Position numbers and translations under genes: made by a program
Notes under the pieces: generated by a model
The model's database searches: none
What the model saw: the letters and a program-made list of their open reading frames with translations, nothing else
Told to the model about the DNA's origin: nothing
Source: an uncultured Candidatus Melainabacteria bacterium
GTDB lineage: Bacteria > Cyanobacteriota > Vampirovibrionia > Gastranaerophilales > Gastranaerophilaceae
Direction: 5' to 3'
Length of the DNA stretch: 64,000 bases
Assembly: GCA_934757155.1 (NCBI GenBank)
Contig: CAKVLI010000005.1
Coordinates: forward strand, 22,366 to 86,365
In this document: piece after piece, positions 9,441 to 17,466 of the stretch
How positions within the stretch are numbered: the stretch's first letter is position 1
Layout of the letters: every line of letters starts with the position of its first letter

Positions 9441-9530
9441 CCCAGCAATTGTTTACAACAGCTTCGCTGAATTTTAAGTTGTGCTACGCACAATCTCTTA
9501 CGCTCGCTATTGTGCTTTGCACACGCTCGC
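9441..9530. repeat. Conserved module following the Y/R element (GCAATTGTTYACAAC ... GTTGTGCTACGCACAATCT), plus TGTGC-TTT-GCACA hairpin
   Basis: Collinear blocks shared with 36532-36608, including an identical 19-mer at 9478-9496 and 36578-36596. Confidence 0.8.
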
Positions 9531-9562
9531 GGAGAGTAATTGTTTTTCTCTATGTGATGACA

Positions 9563-9692
9563 ATATTACCCCTACTCCGTGGGACTTCCAGCCAGTAGTT
9601 AAAACCAACTACCCCTTATATTTACCTCCGCTCCTGCTCCGCAGGACTTCCAGTCAGTAGTTAAGACCAACTAGCCAAGATACATTTACCCC
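9563..9692 (-). repeat. GGGGTAAATRTAT-family tandem repeats (two ~63-bp units plus a partial unit)
   Basis: GGACTTCCAGCCAGTAGTTAAAACCAACT (9581-9609) and GGACTTCCAGTCAGTAGTTAAGACCAACT (9644-9672) match 26/29. Units end in the reverse complement of GGGGTAAATGTAT. Confidence 0.8.
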
Positions 9693-9694
9693 AA

Positions 9695-9725
9695 GAAAAA
9701 GTCCTCAAGAAATGAGGACTAAAAG
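9695..9725 (-). terminator. Rho-independent terminator (minus strand)
   Basis: 8-bp stem AGTCCTCA/TGAGGACT with a 5-nt loop, followed on the minus strand by TTTTTC. Confidence 0.6.
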
Positions 9726-9915
9726 CTTTGTAAGATGTAAGATGTGTGTGTCTAGTTTATAAGAGAGAGTGTGTTATTCTTTTCGTTTTAATCATGTGCG
9801 TTCTTGCTTTGGCGTGATTTTGTAGTCTGTTCAGAAGGGTGATTTGTAGTTTTTGATTTGTTTTGGTGGTTATCTGATATCACCCGCCCCACGGTCTACG
9901 TATGTAGTACACCGG

Positions 9916-10212
9916 CTAAGCGATAAAATTGTTCCCAAATCTGTTAGCACCGTAGAAGAAGGATTCTTTCATAACTTGTTGAAGGCTTCTTTTTCTGATG
10001 AGTTTGTTTCCGACTTTGGTGTTTTGGATATCTTCAACTGATTTTTGGTACTGACCGCAAACAAGAGAAGATATGTATTTAGATACGCAGGTTTCTTCTT
10101 GGGCTTCGTCTTCAGAGACTGTTTTTACTTCAGAATCATATTGATCGAAGAAGTTAGCGATAGAATTAATTTCGTCGTTTTCGATATTGATATTAGTAGT
10201 GGTGAATAACAT
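9916..10212 (-). CDS. Hypothetical small acidic protein (98 aa from the ATG at 10212)
   Basis: AGGAG SD 8 nt upstream of the ATG at 10212. The longer ORF-track start at 10275 lacks an SD. Confidence 0.45.
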   Translation of the reverse strand: MLFTTTNINIENDEINSIANFFDQYDSEVKTVSEDEAQEETCVSKYISSLVCGQYQKSVEDIQNTKVGNKLIRKRSLQQVMKESFFYGANRFGNNFIA

Positions 10213-10381
10213 CTCTAAAGCTCCTGTGTATCTCTTATATATATATAAAGTATAGAAAGAATAAAAAATTGCCAAAATTGCCCCAAAATGTTAAGAAATG
10301 TAAAATTGAGTTTAGTTTTTTGCCGAAATCGCAATAAATCTTAAATAGTTTTTGGTATAATATTCTGGTGCTGAGGAGATT

Positions 10382-11728
10382 ATGAGAGAAAGAATTCTTT
10401 TATTTATAATATTAACGTGTTTGGGAGTATTCCTTTTTGTGTTCCAGAATTATGTGAACACGGTTGTTGGATTTTTAATTTTATGTGCGTGTATGGTTAC
10501 TTACGGGCTGTATTCTATTGCGGCAACACAGTACCAAAAACGTTTGTTGAAGAAACATCCGCCTGTAATCAATGAAAATTACAAACCGTTTGTAACTATT
10601 ATGATTCCTGCTCACAATGAGGAATATGTTATTGCGAATACGGTAGAAAACGTTTTACAGTTGGATTATCCGAATTTTGAAATAATTGTTATTGATGACA
10701 GAAGTTCTGATAATACGGATGCGGTTATCAGAAAACTGGAAGAAAAGTATGATAAGGTTACAGCTTTAGTGCGTGACAAAGATGCTTTCCCTGGAAAATC
10801 TGCGGTTTTAAATGATGCTTTTAAGATTGCAAAAGGGGATGCTGTTTTGGTATTTGACGCGGATGCAACTGTCGAGCCGGATTTTCTGAACAAACTTATT
10901 CCGTTGCTTGAACCTGCTGATGTCGGAGCCGTTCAGGCAAGAAAAATTATCAGAAACAAGAATTTCAATTTCCTTACCAGATGCCAAAACAATGAATATA
11001 CGTTGGATACAAATTTCCAAGTCGGAAGGGATGCTGTCAAAGGTGCGGTTGAACTTCGCGGTAATGGGGAATTGATTAAAAGAGAAGCTCTTGAAGATAT
11101 TAACGGCTGGAATAATTACACAATTACTGACGACTTAGATATGTCAACAAGACTTCATATCAAGGGTTGGGATATCCGTTTTTGTCCTGATGCTTGTGTG
11201 TATGAAGAAGGAATTATTTACATCTTCCCGCTATTCAGACAGAGAAGAAGATGGTTGGAAGGTACTATTCGCAGATATTTGGAATACTTTGGCGAGGCTA
11301 TGCGCTCTAAGAAAATGTCTTTGAGAGCAAGGCTGGATATGGCTATATATATTACACAATTCATTATGCCGTTGTGGTTTATGATGGAGGTTGTGTTTAG
11401 GGTTATCAAACTCGTTACGGATAAGATTGATCCATATAGTTTGCACAATGTATTGTGGTCTTCATTGATTGTATCAGCTGTTGTAGGTTTGGGGTTCTTT
11501 GCGGCAATAAGATATAGTTTGAGAAGATATGACTCTGTTCCGCGTATGAAAGCTTTCAAACAAGCGCTGGAGACTACTGTTTACTTTTTGATAATATGGT
11601 TTCCTATGGAATTATTTATATGTGGAAAGATTTTGTTCTGTAAAAAAGATATGAATTGGGGTAAGACAGCTCACGGTCTGGTTATGGAAGAAAAGAACAG
11701 ACAAGAATTAGAAATGCAAGAGGTATAA
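10382..11728 (+). CDS. Processive family-2 glycosyltransferase with N- and C-terminal TM segments
   Basis: DDRSSDNT, VFDADA, TDDLD and QRRRW (QxxRW) motifs. Confidence 0.85.
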   Translation: MRERILLFIILTCLGVFLFVFQNYVNTVVGFLILCACMVTYGLYSIAATQYQKRLLKKHPPVINENYKPFVTIMIPAHNEEYVIANTVENVLQLDYPNFEIIVIDDRSSDNTDAVIRKLEEKYDKVTALVRDKDAFPGKSAVLNDAFKIAKGDAVLVFDADATVEPDFLNKLIPLLEPADVGAVQARKIIRNKNFNFLTRCQNNEYTLDTNFQVGRDAVKGAVELRGNGELIKREALEDINGWNNYTITDDLDMSTRLHIKGWDIRFCPDACVYEEGIIYIFPLFRQRRRWLEGTIRRYLEYFGEAMRSKKMSLRARLDMAIYITQFIMPLWFMMEVVFRVIKLVTDKIDPYSLHNVLWSSLIVSAVVGLGFFAAIRYSLRRYDSVPRMKAFKQALETTVYFLIIWFPMELFICGKILFCKKDMNWGKTAHGLVMEEKNRQELEMQEV

Positions 11729-11729
11729 A

Positions 11730-12281
11730 ATGACATTAACTGAAGAAGATTTTAAATATGTAAGAGAACACGTTAGAGAAGTTCCTGATTTTCCAAAGAA
11801 AGGGATTTTGTTCCTTGACGTGACTACTATTGTAAAAGATGCAAAAGCTTTCAATAAATGTATTGATTTTTTGTATGACAGATTCAAAGACGAAAAAATC
11901 GATTATATTGCAGGTATTGAATCAAGAGGATTTATTTTTGGAGCGCCTTTAGCTTGCAGATTGAATGCGGGCTTTATCACTGTTAGAAAGCCAAACAAAC
12001 TTCCTGCTGAGACCGTTAAAGAAACATATTCATTAGAATATGGCGAAGATACTATTGAAATGCACGCTGATGCGATTAAATCCGGCGATAGAGTTGTTGT
12101 AATTGATGACTTGTTGGCAACGGGCGGTACTGCTTGTGCTGCGTGTAACCTTGTTAAAAAGGTTGGTGGTGACGTGGTTGCAGCTGCTTTTGTAATTGAA
12201 TTAACTCCGCTTAAAGGCAAAGAAAAAATCGAAAACAAGGGCGTAGAAGTTGTTTCTATGCTTGAATACGACCTTGATTAA
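11730..12281 (+). CDS. apt: Adenine phosphoribosyltransferase
   Basis: PRPP-binding VVVIDDLLATGGTA. Length and overall pattern typical of Apt. Confidence 0.9.
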   Translation: MTLTEEDFKYVREHVREVPDFPKKGILFLDVTTIVKDAKAFNKCIDFLYDRFKDEKIDYIAGIESRGFIFGAPLACRLNAGFITVRKPNKLPAETVKETYSLEYGEDTIEMHADAIKSGDRVVVIDDLLATGGTACAACNLVKKVGGDVVAAAFVIELTPLKGKEKIENKGVEVVSMLEYDLD

Positions 12282-12287
12282 TCTTTT

Positions 12288-13439
12288 TTATAAATCAAAC
12301 GGGTCGTCTTCTTTGTAGTAGTTTTTCTTTGTGGTTTTAACCTTGTCGTTGCGTTTTTTAACGTCTTTGGACACGGTCTTGTAGGCGTTGTCTAATGAAA
12401 TCCTTGTCAGCGGCTTGTTGGTTGCCCTGTCGTTTACAACAAGCCAGTATGAATGCTTTACGTTGTTGACAGCAAAAGATATTTTCCCGGCTCTTCTGTC
12501 CCCCGGTTTGAATTGAGAGAATAGCAATCTCGTATCTCCAAATATTGAGGGGTTAAATACTGAATTGTAGTCGTTTACGAGTGCAATATCCATGCCGGCA
12601 AAGCTTTTATCTGACATGTTCGAAATTGAAAGTGACAACGTGAGCGTGTTAACTTCGCCGAACGGGTCTTTTTCGTAGATTATGTTTGCAATTCTAATAT
12701 CAAGCCCAGGGTATTTTTCTTCTTTTTGTTTAAGGGCTTCTTCTCTGTATACAGGGAGTTCTACGTTTGAAAGAATGCGGACTTTAATTTCATCTCCCGG
12801 GGAAATTAGCACATTTTTCCCTTTTCTGTAGAGTGACATTCCAAGACCGACTGCACCGCCAATTGCTGCACCACCGGCTACAGTGTAGCCGTTTGATGCA
12901 ATTGCTGCTTCTAGCCCGAGTGCTTGTGCGGCAAATACTCCGCCGATAACTCCGCCCGCTGCCGTATAGCCGATATCTGTTGCAATAATTTTTGTTGCGG
13001 CTTTAACAGGGTGAAGTTTTGTGGACATTTTTCCTTCGATGGGAATTTCTCTGCCATCAGGGGTTACAAGATAGTCAAAACTTAGGTCTATGTAGCCATC
13101 TCTGCCCAGTCGTTTAGCCTCGGAGGTTTGTTTGATTGTTCCGTGAGCGACTGTACCTTTCGGGATGATAATGCCTTTGTTTCCAAGCACATCACCGGTT
13201 ACTTCGGCAAAAAACTCATCCCCTTCGAACGAAAAGCTTCCGTCAAGCACTTGTGAAACTGTCATCTCGATTACATCTCTTTTTTCGAGAGTTTCTGTTT
13301 TTCCGGTATAGAGTTTTTTATCAAGTTCAGCGTAATTGTCGTCAAACTCTGCATGCCCCTGATAAATGTCTTCTGCGGCAATTGCTCCTCCGTTTATAAG
13401 AAAAATACTTAATATTAATAAAGCCAGCTTTCTTTTCAT
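12288..13439 (-). CDS. Secreted/membrane-associated hypothetical protein with central glycine-zipper segment
   Basis: N-terminal signal peptide MKRKLALLILSIFLINGGAIAA. Gly/Ala-rich hydrophobic stretch AAGGVIGGVFAAQALGLEAAIASNGYTVAGGAAIGGAVGLG. Confidence 0.6.
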   Translation of the reverse strand: MKRKLALLILSIFLINGGAIAAEDIYQGHAEFDDNYAELDKKLYTGKTETLEKRDVIEMTVSQVLDGSFSFEGDEFFAEVTGDVLGNKGIIIPKGTVAHGTIKQTSEAKRLGRDGYIDLSFDYLVTPDGREIPIEGKMSTKLHPVKAATKIIATDIGYTAAGGVIGGVFAAQALGLEAAIASNGYTVAGGAAIGGAVGLGMSLYRKGKNVLISPGDEIKVRILSNVELPVYREEALKQKEEKYPGLDIRIANIIYEKDPFGEVNTLTLSLSISNMSDKSFAGMDIALVNDYNSVFNPSIFGDTRLLFSQFKPGDRRAGKISFAVNNVKHSYWLVVNDRATNKPLTRISLDNAYKTVSKDVKKRNDKVKTTKKNYYKEDDPFDL

Positions 13440-13486
13440 AACTAAATTATACTATCTCTTCCCTCTTAAGTCCAAATTGTAACTGT

Positions 13487-14092
13487 TTATAAATCTTCTA
13501 AAAGTTTGTTGTAAATATCAACTGTCGCTGTGCAGATTTGCAAATTTCTGTCCACAAGACTTTTAATTGTATTTCCGTAGCAAACCAGCAATGCTTTGTC
13601 TAATCCGCCTTCTTCCAAAGCTTGCTCCAGAGGTTTAACAATTTCGGGCGGTCTTGTATATGTTTCCATTTTATCAGCCAGAAAAATTATTTTTTCAAAG
13701 TCTGTCATATCAAGTTTTCCAAGGGTGTGCCATCTTATTGCAGACAAGATTTCGCAATCTTCAATGTTAAATTCTTCTTGTGCCAAAACAGCTCCAGCCG
13801 GTGCATGGAAGGTTTTTGGGTTTGCGGTTTCGCCGTCACATAAATCACCGCATTTGCACATCAAATCTTTTAATTTTCCGCTTGGAAAACATTTTGCGCA
13901 GTCGTGAATTAGTCCCGTGAAATAGGCTTTATCTTCGTCCAGTCCGAATTTTTTTGCAAGCCTTTTGGCGCATTCAGCCGTTCCAAGGGAGTGTTCATAT
14001 CTTTCAGAATTTAAATTTGCCTTGAGCCAATTCTTATATTTTTCAATATTTGTATAATCCATTGTCCTTAATGTAATCCTCCACTTTTTCAT
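13487..14092 (-). CDS. yqeK: HD-domain phosphohydrolase, YqeK family
   Basis: HSLGTAE...LIHDCAK HD motif. Follows nadD as in many bacteria. An alternative start at 14062 is possible. Confidence 0.8.
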   Translation of the reverse strand: MKKWRITLRTMDYTNIEKYKNWLKANLNSERYEHSLGTAECAKRLAKKFGLDEDKAYFTGLIHDCAKCFPSGKLKDLMCKCGDLCDGETANPKTFHAPAGAVLAQEEFNIEDCEILSAIRWHTLGKLDMTDFEKIIFLADKMETYTRPPEIVKPLEQALEEGGLDKALLVCYGNTIKSLVDRNLQICTATVDIYNKLLEDL

Positions 14093-14618
14093 CCAGCATG
14101 CTCTCGTTCAATGACTCTCGAATTTCGGTTGATGAAATATCTACATAATCCATTTTTGCCATTTCAAAATCCCAATTTTTTTCTTTGAGTTCTGAGAAAA
14201 TTTCTTTATTCTCATCTCCGTGTCTCGGGAAAACAATGAAATGAACCAAATTTTTTAGCTCTTCTGCATTAAACCAGCTCTCGATTTTGGCGAAAGCATC
14301 CGTTCCTATTATAAAGTTTAAACGGTTAGTGTTTTTATATTGTTCAATAAATTTTTTGACGGTTAATATAGAATATGATTTACCCTCGTTTTTATATTCA
14401 AAGTCGGAAACCTCAAACCTCGGGTTTGTGGCAGTTGCAAGTTTAACCATATTAAATCTGTGTTTTGCCAGATTGGAATTTATTTCTTTGTGCGGCGGAA
14501 TATATGCCGGTACAAAGATAACTTTGTCAAATTTGTATTTTTCCAATGCAAAATTTGCCATCTTCAAATGGGCTTTGTGGATAGGATTAAATGTTCCGGG
14601 AAAAATACAGATTGACAT
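14043..14618 (-). CDS. nadD: Nicotinate-nucleotide adenylyltransferase
   Basis: GTFNPIHKAHL (HxGH-type) and ISSTEIR motifs. Confidence 0.9.
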   Translation of the reverse strand: MSICIFPGTFNPIHKAHLKMANFALEKYKFDKVIFVPAYIPPHKEINSNLAKHRFNMVKLATATNPRFEVSDFEYKNEGKSYSILTVKKFIEQYKNTNRLNFIIGTDAFAKIESWFNAEELKNLVHFIVFPRHGDENKEIFSELKEKNWDFEMAKMDYVDISSTEIRESLNESMLDEKVEDYIKDNGLYKY

Positions 14619-14666
14619 AGCTGTATTTTATTATGAAAAAGGGTTAATTTCTACCCCTAATTACAC

Positions 14667-14696
14667 AAAAAAAAGCCTAATTCTTTTGAATCAGGC
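14667..14696 (-). terminator. Rho-independent terminator (minus strand)
   Basis: Stem GCCTAATTC/GAATCAGGC (8 of 9 pairs), loop TTTT, then a T8 run on the minus strand. Confidence 0.6.
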
Positions 14697-14752
14697 GCTA
14701 AGATAGTAAGTTGGGGAATATTTAAGTAAGATAGATAGAACTTGTTATAACT

Positions 14753-14926
14753 CTATTGCTTTGTTCGGGATATAAATGTTACTCTGGATTTCATATCCAT
14801 AGCAAAGAGTCTCATTTCGTCGATAAGCACATACGATTTGTCTTCTGTATGGTCATCATTGATATAAAAATCTCGTGAAATTTGTGTTGCCATTGCGTTA
14901 ATATTGTAACTTTCTAATAGTGCCAT
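14753..14926 (-). CDS. Hypothetical 57-aa protein (below the ORF-track cut-off)
   Basis: My translation is MALLESYNINAMATQISRDFYINDDHTEDKSYVLIDEMRLFAMDMKSRVTFISRTKQ. GGAGAG SD 8 nt upstream. Its own terminator lies at 14667-14696. Confidence 0.35.
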   Translation of the reverse strand: MALLESYNINAMATQISRDFYINDDHTEDKSYVLIDEMRLFAMDMKSRVTFISRTKQ

Positions 14927-15085
14927 ATTTAGCTCTCCGTTTTTTGACAGCCCGACTAAGCGATTGTTCGCTATAATCTGACCATCTTGTTTAATTTTTT
15001 AAGACAAACTAAGCTTACCTGTCGTATCAGGTTTGCTTCTTACCATTGTTTTGTTCTGCTCTCTTATATTCGTCTTACATATATA

Positions 15086-15111
15086 TAAAGTTTATATCCG
15101 GCTGCCGATTT
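15086..15111 (+). promoter_or_regulatory. Possible second sigma-28-type promoter (spacing one short)
   Basis: TAAAGTTT-N10-GCCGATTT, which is TAAA-N14-GCCGAT against the consensus TAAA-N15-GCCGATAT/A. Confidence 0.3.
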
Positions 15112-15236
15112 CAAAAAAAGGATTTCTTTGTTACAAAACTTAACAATGCATAATGGCTATGTTGTGTAAAAACCCCCAGAAAACAGAGGGTTTTGAACTG
15201 AAATGTAACGATTTGTAAATGTTTTTCGAAAAACCC

Positions 15237-15263
15237 TAAAGTTTTTAGAAAAAATGCCGATAT
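15237..15263 (+). promoter_or_regulatory. Sigma-28 (FliA/SigD)-type promoter
   Basis: TAAAGTTT (15237-15244), N11, GCCGATAT (15256-15263). This matches TAAA-N15-GCCGATAT exactly. Confidence 0.75.
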
Positions 15264-15292
15264 ACATTATATATCATACTAGAGGTGTGTCT

Positions 15293-15763
15293 ATGTCGAA
15301 TTTCACAGTCAATGGAGTTTATTCTTATTCAAGTGCGAATATCTATTCCTACTTAGGGAGAGTTCCGACAAGCTCTCGTAAGTTGGAAGAAGCATTTGAT
15401 GAGTTCAATATTACTCCAACAGGTAAAGTTGACGATTTAAAAAAATTAGACAAAGCGATGTATGCTGAGTACTCTGAACAGGTTCAGAACCAGATAGAGA
15501 ATCAAAAGGGCGAAAAAGTTGTTCCTTGGGCTTCTCTATGTGCGCAAATCGGAGTTCAGGCAACGGGTGATTATGAAAAGGACTATGCTGCTTTTAACAA
15601 TGCAATTCAATTGCTAAGTCAAAGTGCAATTGATGGTCAGGCAATGACTTATTTTGCAGGGTTAAGAAGTGAAGCGTCCAGAGCTTTCGGATTATCCAAC
15701 AAACCCGCTGAGGCTCAGACACCTATTTCTTTTGAGGTCTATCAGGCTCAGTTCTTGAGATAG
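15293..15763 (+). CDS. Hypothetical protein (156 aa) behind the sigma-28 promoter
   Basis: GAGGTG SD 7 nt upstream of the ATG at 15293. The ORF-track ATG at 15254 lies inside the promoter. No signal peptide or known motif. Confidence 0.6.
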   Translation: MSNFTVNGVYSYSSANIYSYLGRVPTSSRKLEEAFDEFNITPTGKVDDLKKLDKAMYAEYSEQVQNQIENQKGEKVVPWASLCAQIGVQATGDYEKDYAAFNNAIQLLSQSAIDGQAMTYFAGLRSEASRAFGLSNKPAEAQTPISFEVYQAQFLR

Positions 15764-15831
15764 ACTGACGTCAGGTTTACCGCAAACATTAAATTTCTCC
15801 ATGGTATAATTGCCATAGGAGAAGTTTTTTT

Positions 15832-16536
15832 ATGAACGTACTGGTAACGGGAGCCTCTCGAGGTATAGGAAAAGCAATAGCCGAATATTTAACTGAATTG
15901 GGATATGCTGTATATGCAACATCACGTAACGCAGCGGATTTAGCGCAGTACAAACATTTTTGTGCGGCTGACCTTTCTACAAAAGACGGTATTGAAAAAC
16001 TCGGGAAATATATTTCTGACAGCAAGATTGATGTTCTGGTTAATAATGCCGGAGCATATATAAATTCCGAGATAGAGGATTGCGGATTTGAAGAGATTGA
16101 AGGATTAATTAATTTGAATTTGGTCGTTCCGATGTGTTTGATATCAAAGGCTGTTCCATATATGAAGGAAAAACGTTTCGGAAGGATTATAAATATCGGT
16201 TCAATCAGCGGTATTATGGGGGAAGCGAATGCGAGTTTGTATTCTGCTTCTAAATCAGGTTTGGTAGGCGGGACAAAGGCTTTGGCTCTTGAGCTTGCCG
16301 AATTTGGAATTACTGTGAATACAATTAATCCGGGCTGGGTAGATACCGATATGGGAAATTCTTCAGCTGAAGAGGGTGATTTTACAAAAGATGAGATTGT
16401 TGAGTGTATTCCGCAAAGACGTTTTGTCGAACCTAAAGAGATTGCCGGCATGGTGAAATACCTTATTTCTGATGAGGCAAAAGGGGTTACGGGACAATCA
16501 ATTAATATTTGCGCAGGGTTGACTTGCGGTTGTTAG
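15832..16536 (+). CDS. Short-chain dehydrogenase/reductase (FabG-like)
   Basis: TGASRGIGKAIA cofactor motif and YSASKSG (YxxxK) catalytic motif. Confidence 0.85.
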   Translation: MNVLVTGASRGIGKAIAEYLTELGYAVYATSRNAADLAQYKHFCAADLSTKDGIEKLGKYISDSKIDVLVNNAGAYINSEIEDCGFEEIEGLINLNLVVPMCLISKAVPYMKEKRFGRIINIGSISGIMGEANASLYSASKSGLVGGTKALALELAEFGITVNTINPGWVDTDMGNSSAEEGDFTKDEIVECIPQRRFVEPKEIAGMVKYLISDEAKGVTGQSINICAGLTCGC

Positions 16537-16549
16537 ATGGAGGAAGAAA

Positions 16550-17464
16550 ATGTTAAGTAAAGCCGAATTATTAGATTTATATAATATGGATATGGATAAA
16601 TTGTTGAACGAATCAAAGAAGTATCTCAAAGATGAGGTTGAATTTTGCTCAATAATCAGCGCAAGAACAGGCAAATGTTCTCAGAATTGTAAATACTGCG
16701 CTCAGAGTTCTCATTACAATACAAATATTGAGACAAATCCGTTGATGAAGGTGGATGAAGTTGTGCATGTTGCTTTAGACAGTGTAAAAAACGGTGCCGA
16801 CAGAGTTGCGATTGTGACTTCCGGCAAAACTCCTGATGAGAGTGATTTTGACACTATGCTCGAAATGATTAAAGCTATGAATGCTCAAGGAATAAAAACT
16901 TGTGCAAGCATCGGGATTTTGAATGATGAACAGGCAAAAAGGCTGTCAGAAGCGGGATTGGTAAGATTTCACCACAATATTAACACTTGCAAATCTTATC
17001 ATCCGGAAATTTGTACAACTCATACATATGAGGACAGAATTAATACGGTTAATCTTGTTAAAAAATACGGCATGGAGCTTTGCTGCGGTGTGATTATCGG
17101 AATGGGTGAAACTGTAGAACAGCGTATAGAAATGGCGATGGAACTTCGAGAAATTAATCCTGACAGTATTCCTGTAAATATTTTGACTCCAATACCGAAT
17201 ACTCCTTTTGAAGGTTATATTGATAAAATTGATGAAGAAAATGTTTTAAGAACCCTTGCCATATTCAAGATTGCTTGCCCGAACGCTTCAATAAGAATTG
17301 CGGGCGGAAAGAAGGCAAGACTTTCTAATGAAACGATAGAAAAAGCATTTGAATATTGCGCGGATTCAACAATTGTCGGAAACTATCTTACGACAACCGG
17401 TTTTTCTCCGGAAGAAGATGCAAAATTGATTGAAAAGATTGGAAGAAAACTCGTTAAGGCGTAG
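16550..17464 (+). CDS. bioB: Biotin synthase (radical SAM)
   Basis: CSQNCKYC (CxxxCxxC) cluster motif. FHHNINT matches the BioB pattern YNHNLDT. Confidence 0.85.
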   Translation: MLSKAELLDLYNMDMDKLLNESKKYLKDEVEFCSIISARTGKCSQNCKYCAQSSHYNTNIETNPLMKVDEVVHVALDSVKNGADRVAIVTSGKTPDESDFDTMLEMIKAMNAQGIKTCASIGILNDEQAKRLSEAGLVRFHHNINTCKSYHPEICTTHTYEDRINTVNLVKKYGMELCCGVIIGMGETVEQRIEMAMELREINPDSIPVNILTPIPNTPFEGYIDKIDEENVLRTLAIFKIACPNASIRIAGGKKARLSNETIEKAFEYCADSTIVGNYLTTTGFSPEEDAKLIEKIGRKLVKA

Positions 17465-17466
17465 TT

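Noticed and set aside
9398-9598. 66-aa plus-strand ORF across the repeat island, and likewise 58996..59346 (minus) and 48619..48932 (minus).
   Set aside because: These ORFs run through hairpin and repeat modules, have no SD, and give low-complexity or repeat-derived peptides.
10301-10329. A sigma-28-like promoter TAAA...GCCGAAAT upstream of the glycosyltransferase gene.
   Set aside because: The spacer between TAAA and GCCG is 17 nt rather than 15, and the -10 matches only 6 of 8. A good extended -10 sigma-70 element (TGGTATAAT, about 10353-10361) is better placed.
15254-15292. The ORF-track start codon ATG at 15254 for the 169-aa ORF.
   Set aside because: That ATG lies inside the sigma-28 promoter (between the -35 and the -10), so it cannot be on the transcript. 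The ATG at 15293 has a GAGGTG SD.
15789-16451. 220-aa ORF antisense to the SDR gene.
   Set aside because: It is the mirror frame of a gene with clear SDR motifs. The composition is Ser/Pro/Ile-rich and antisense-like, and there is no SD.
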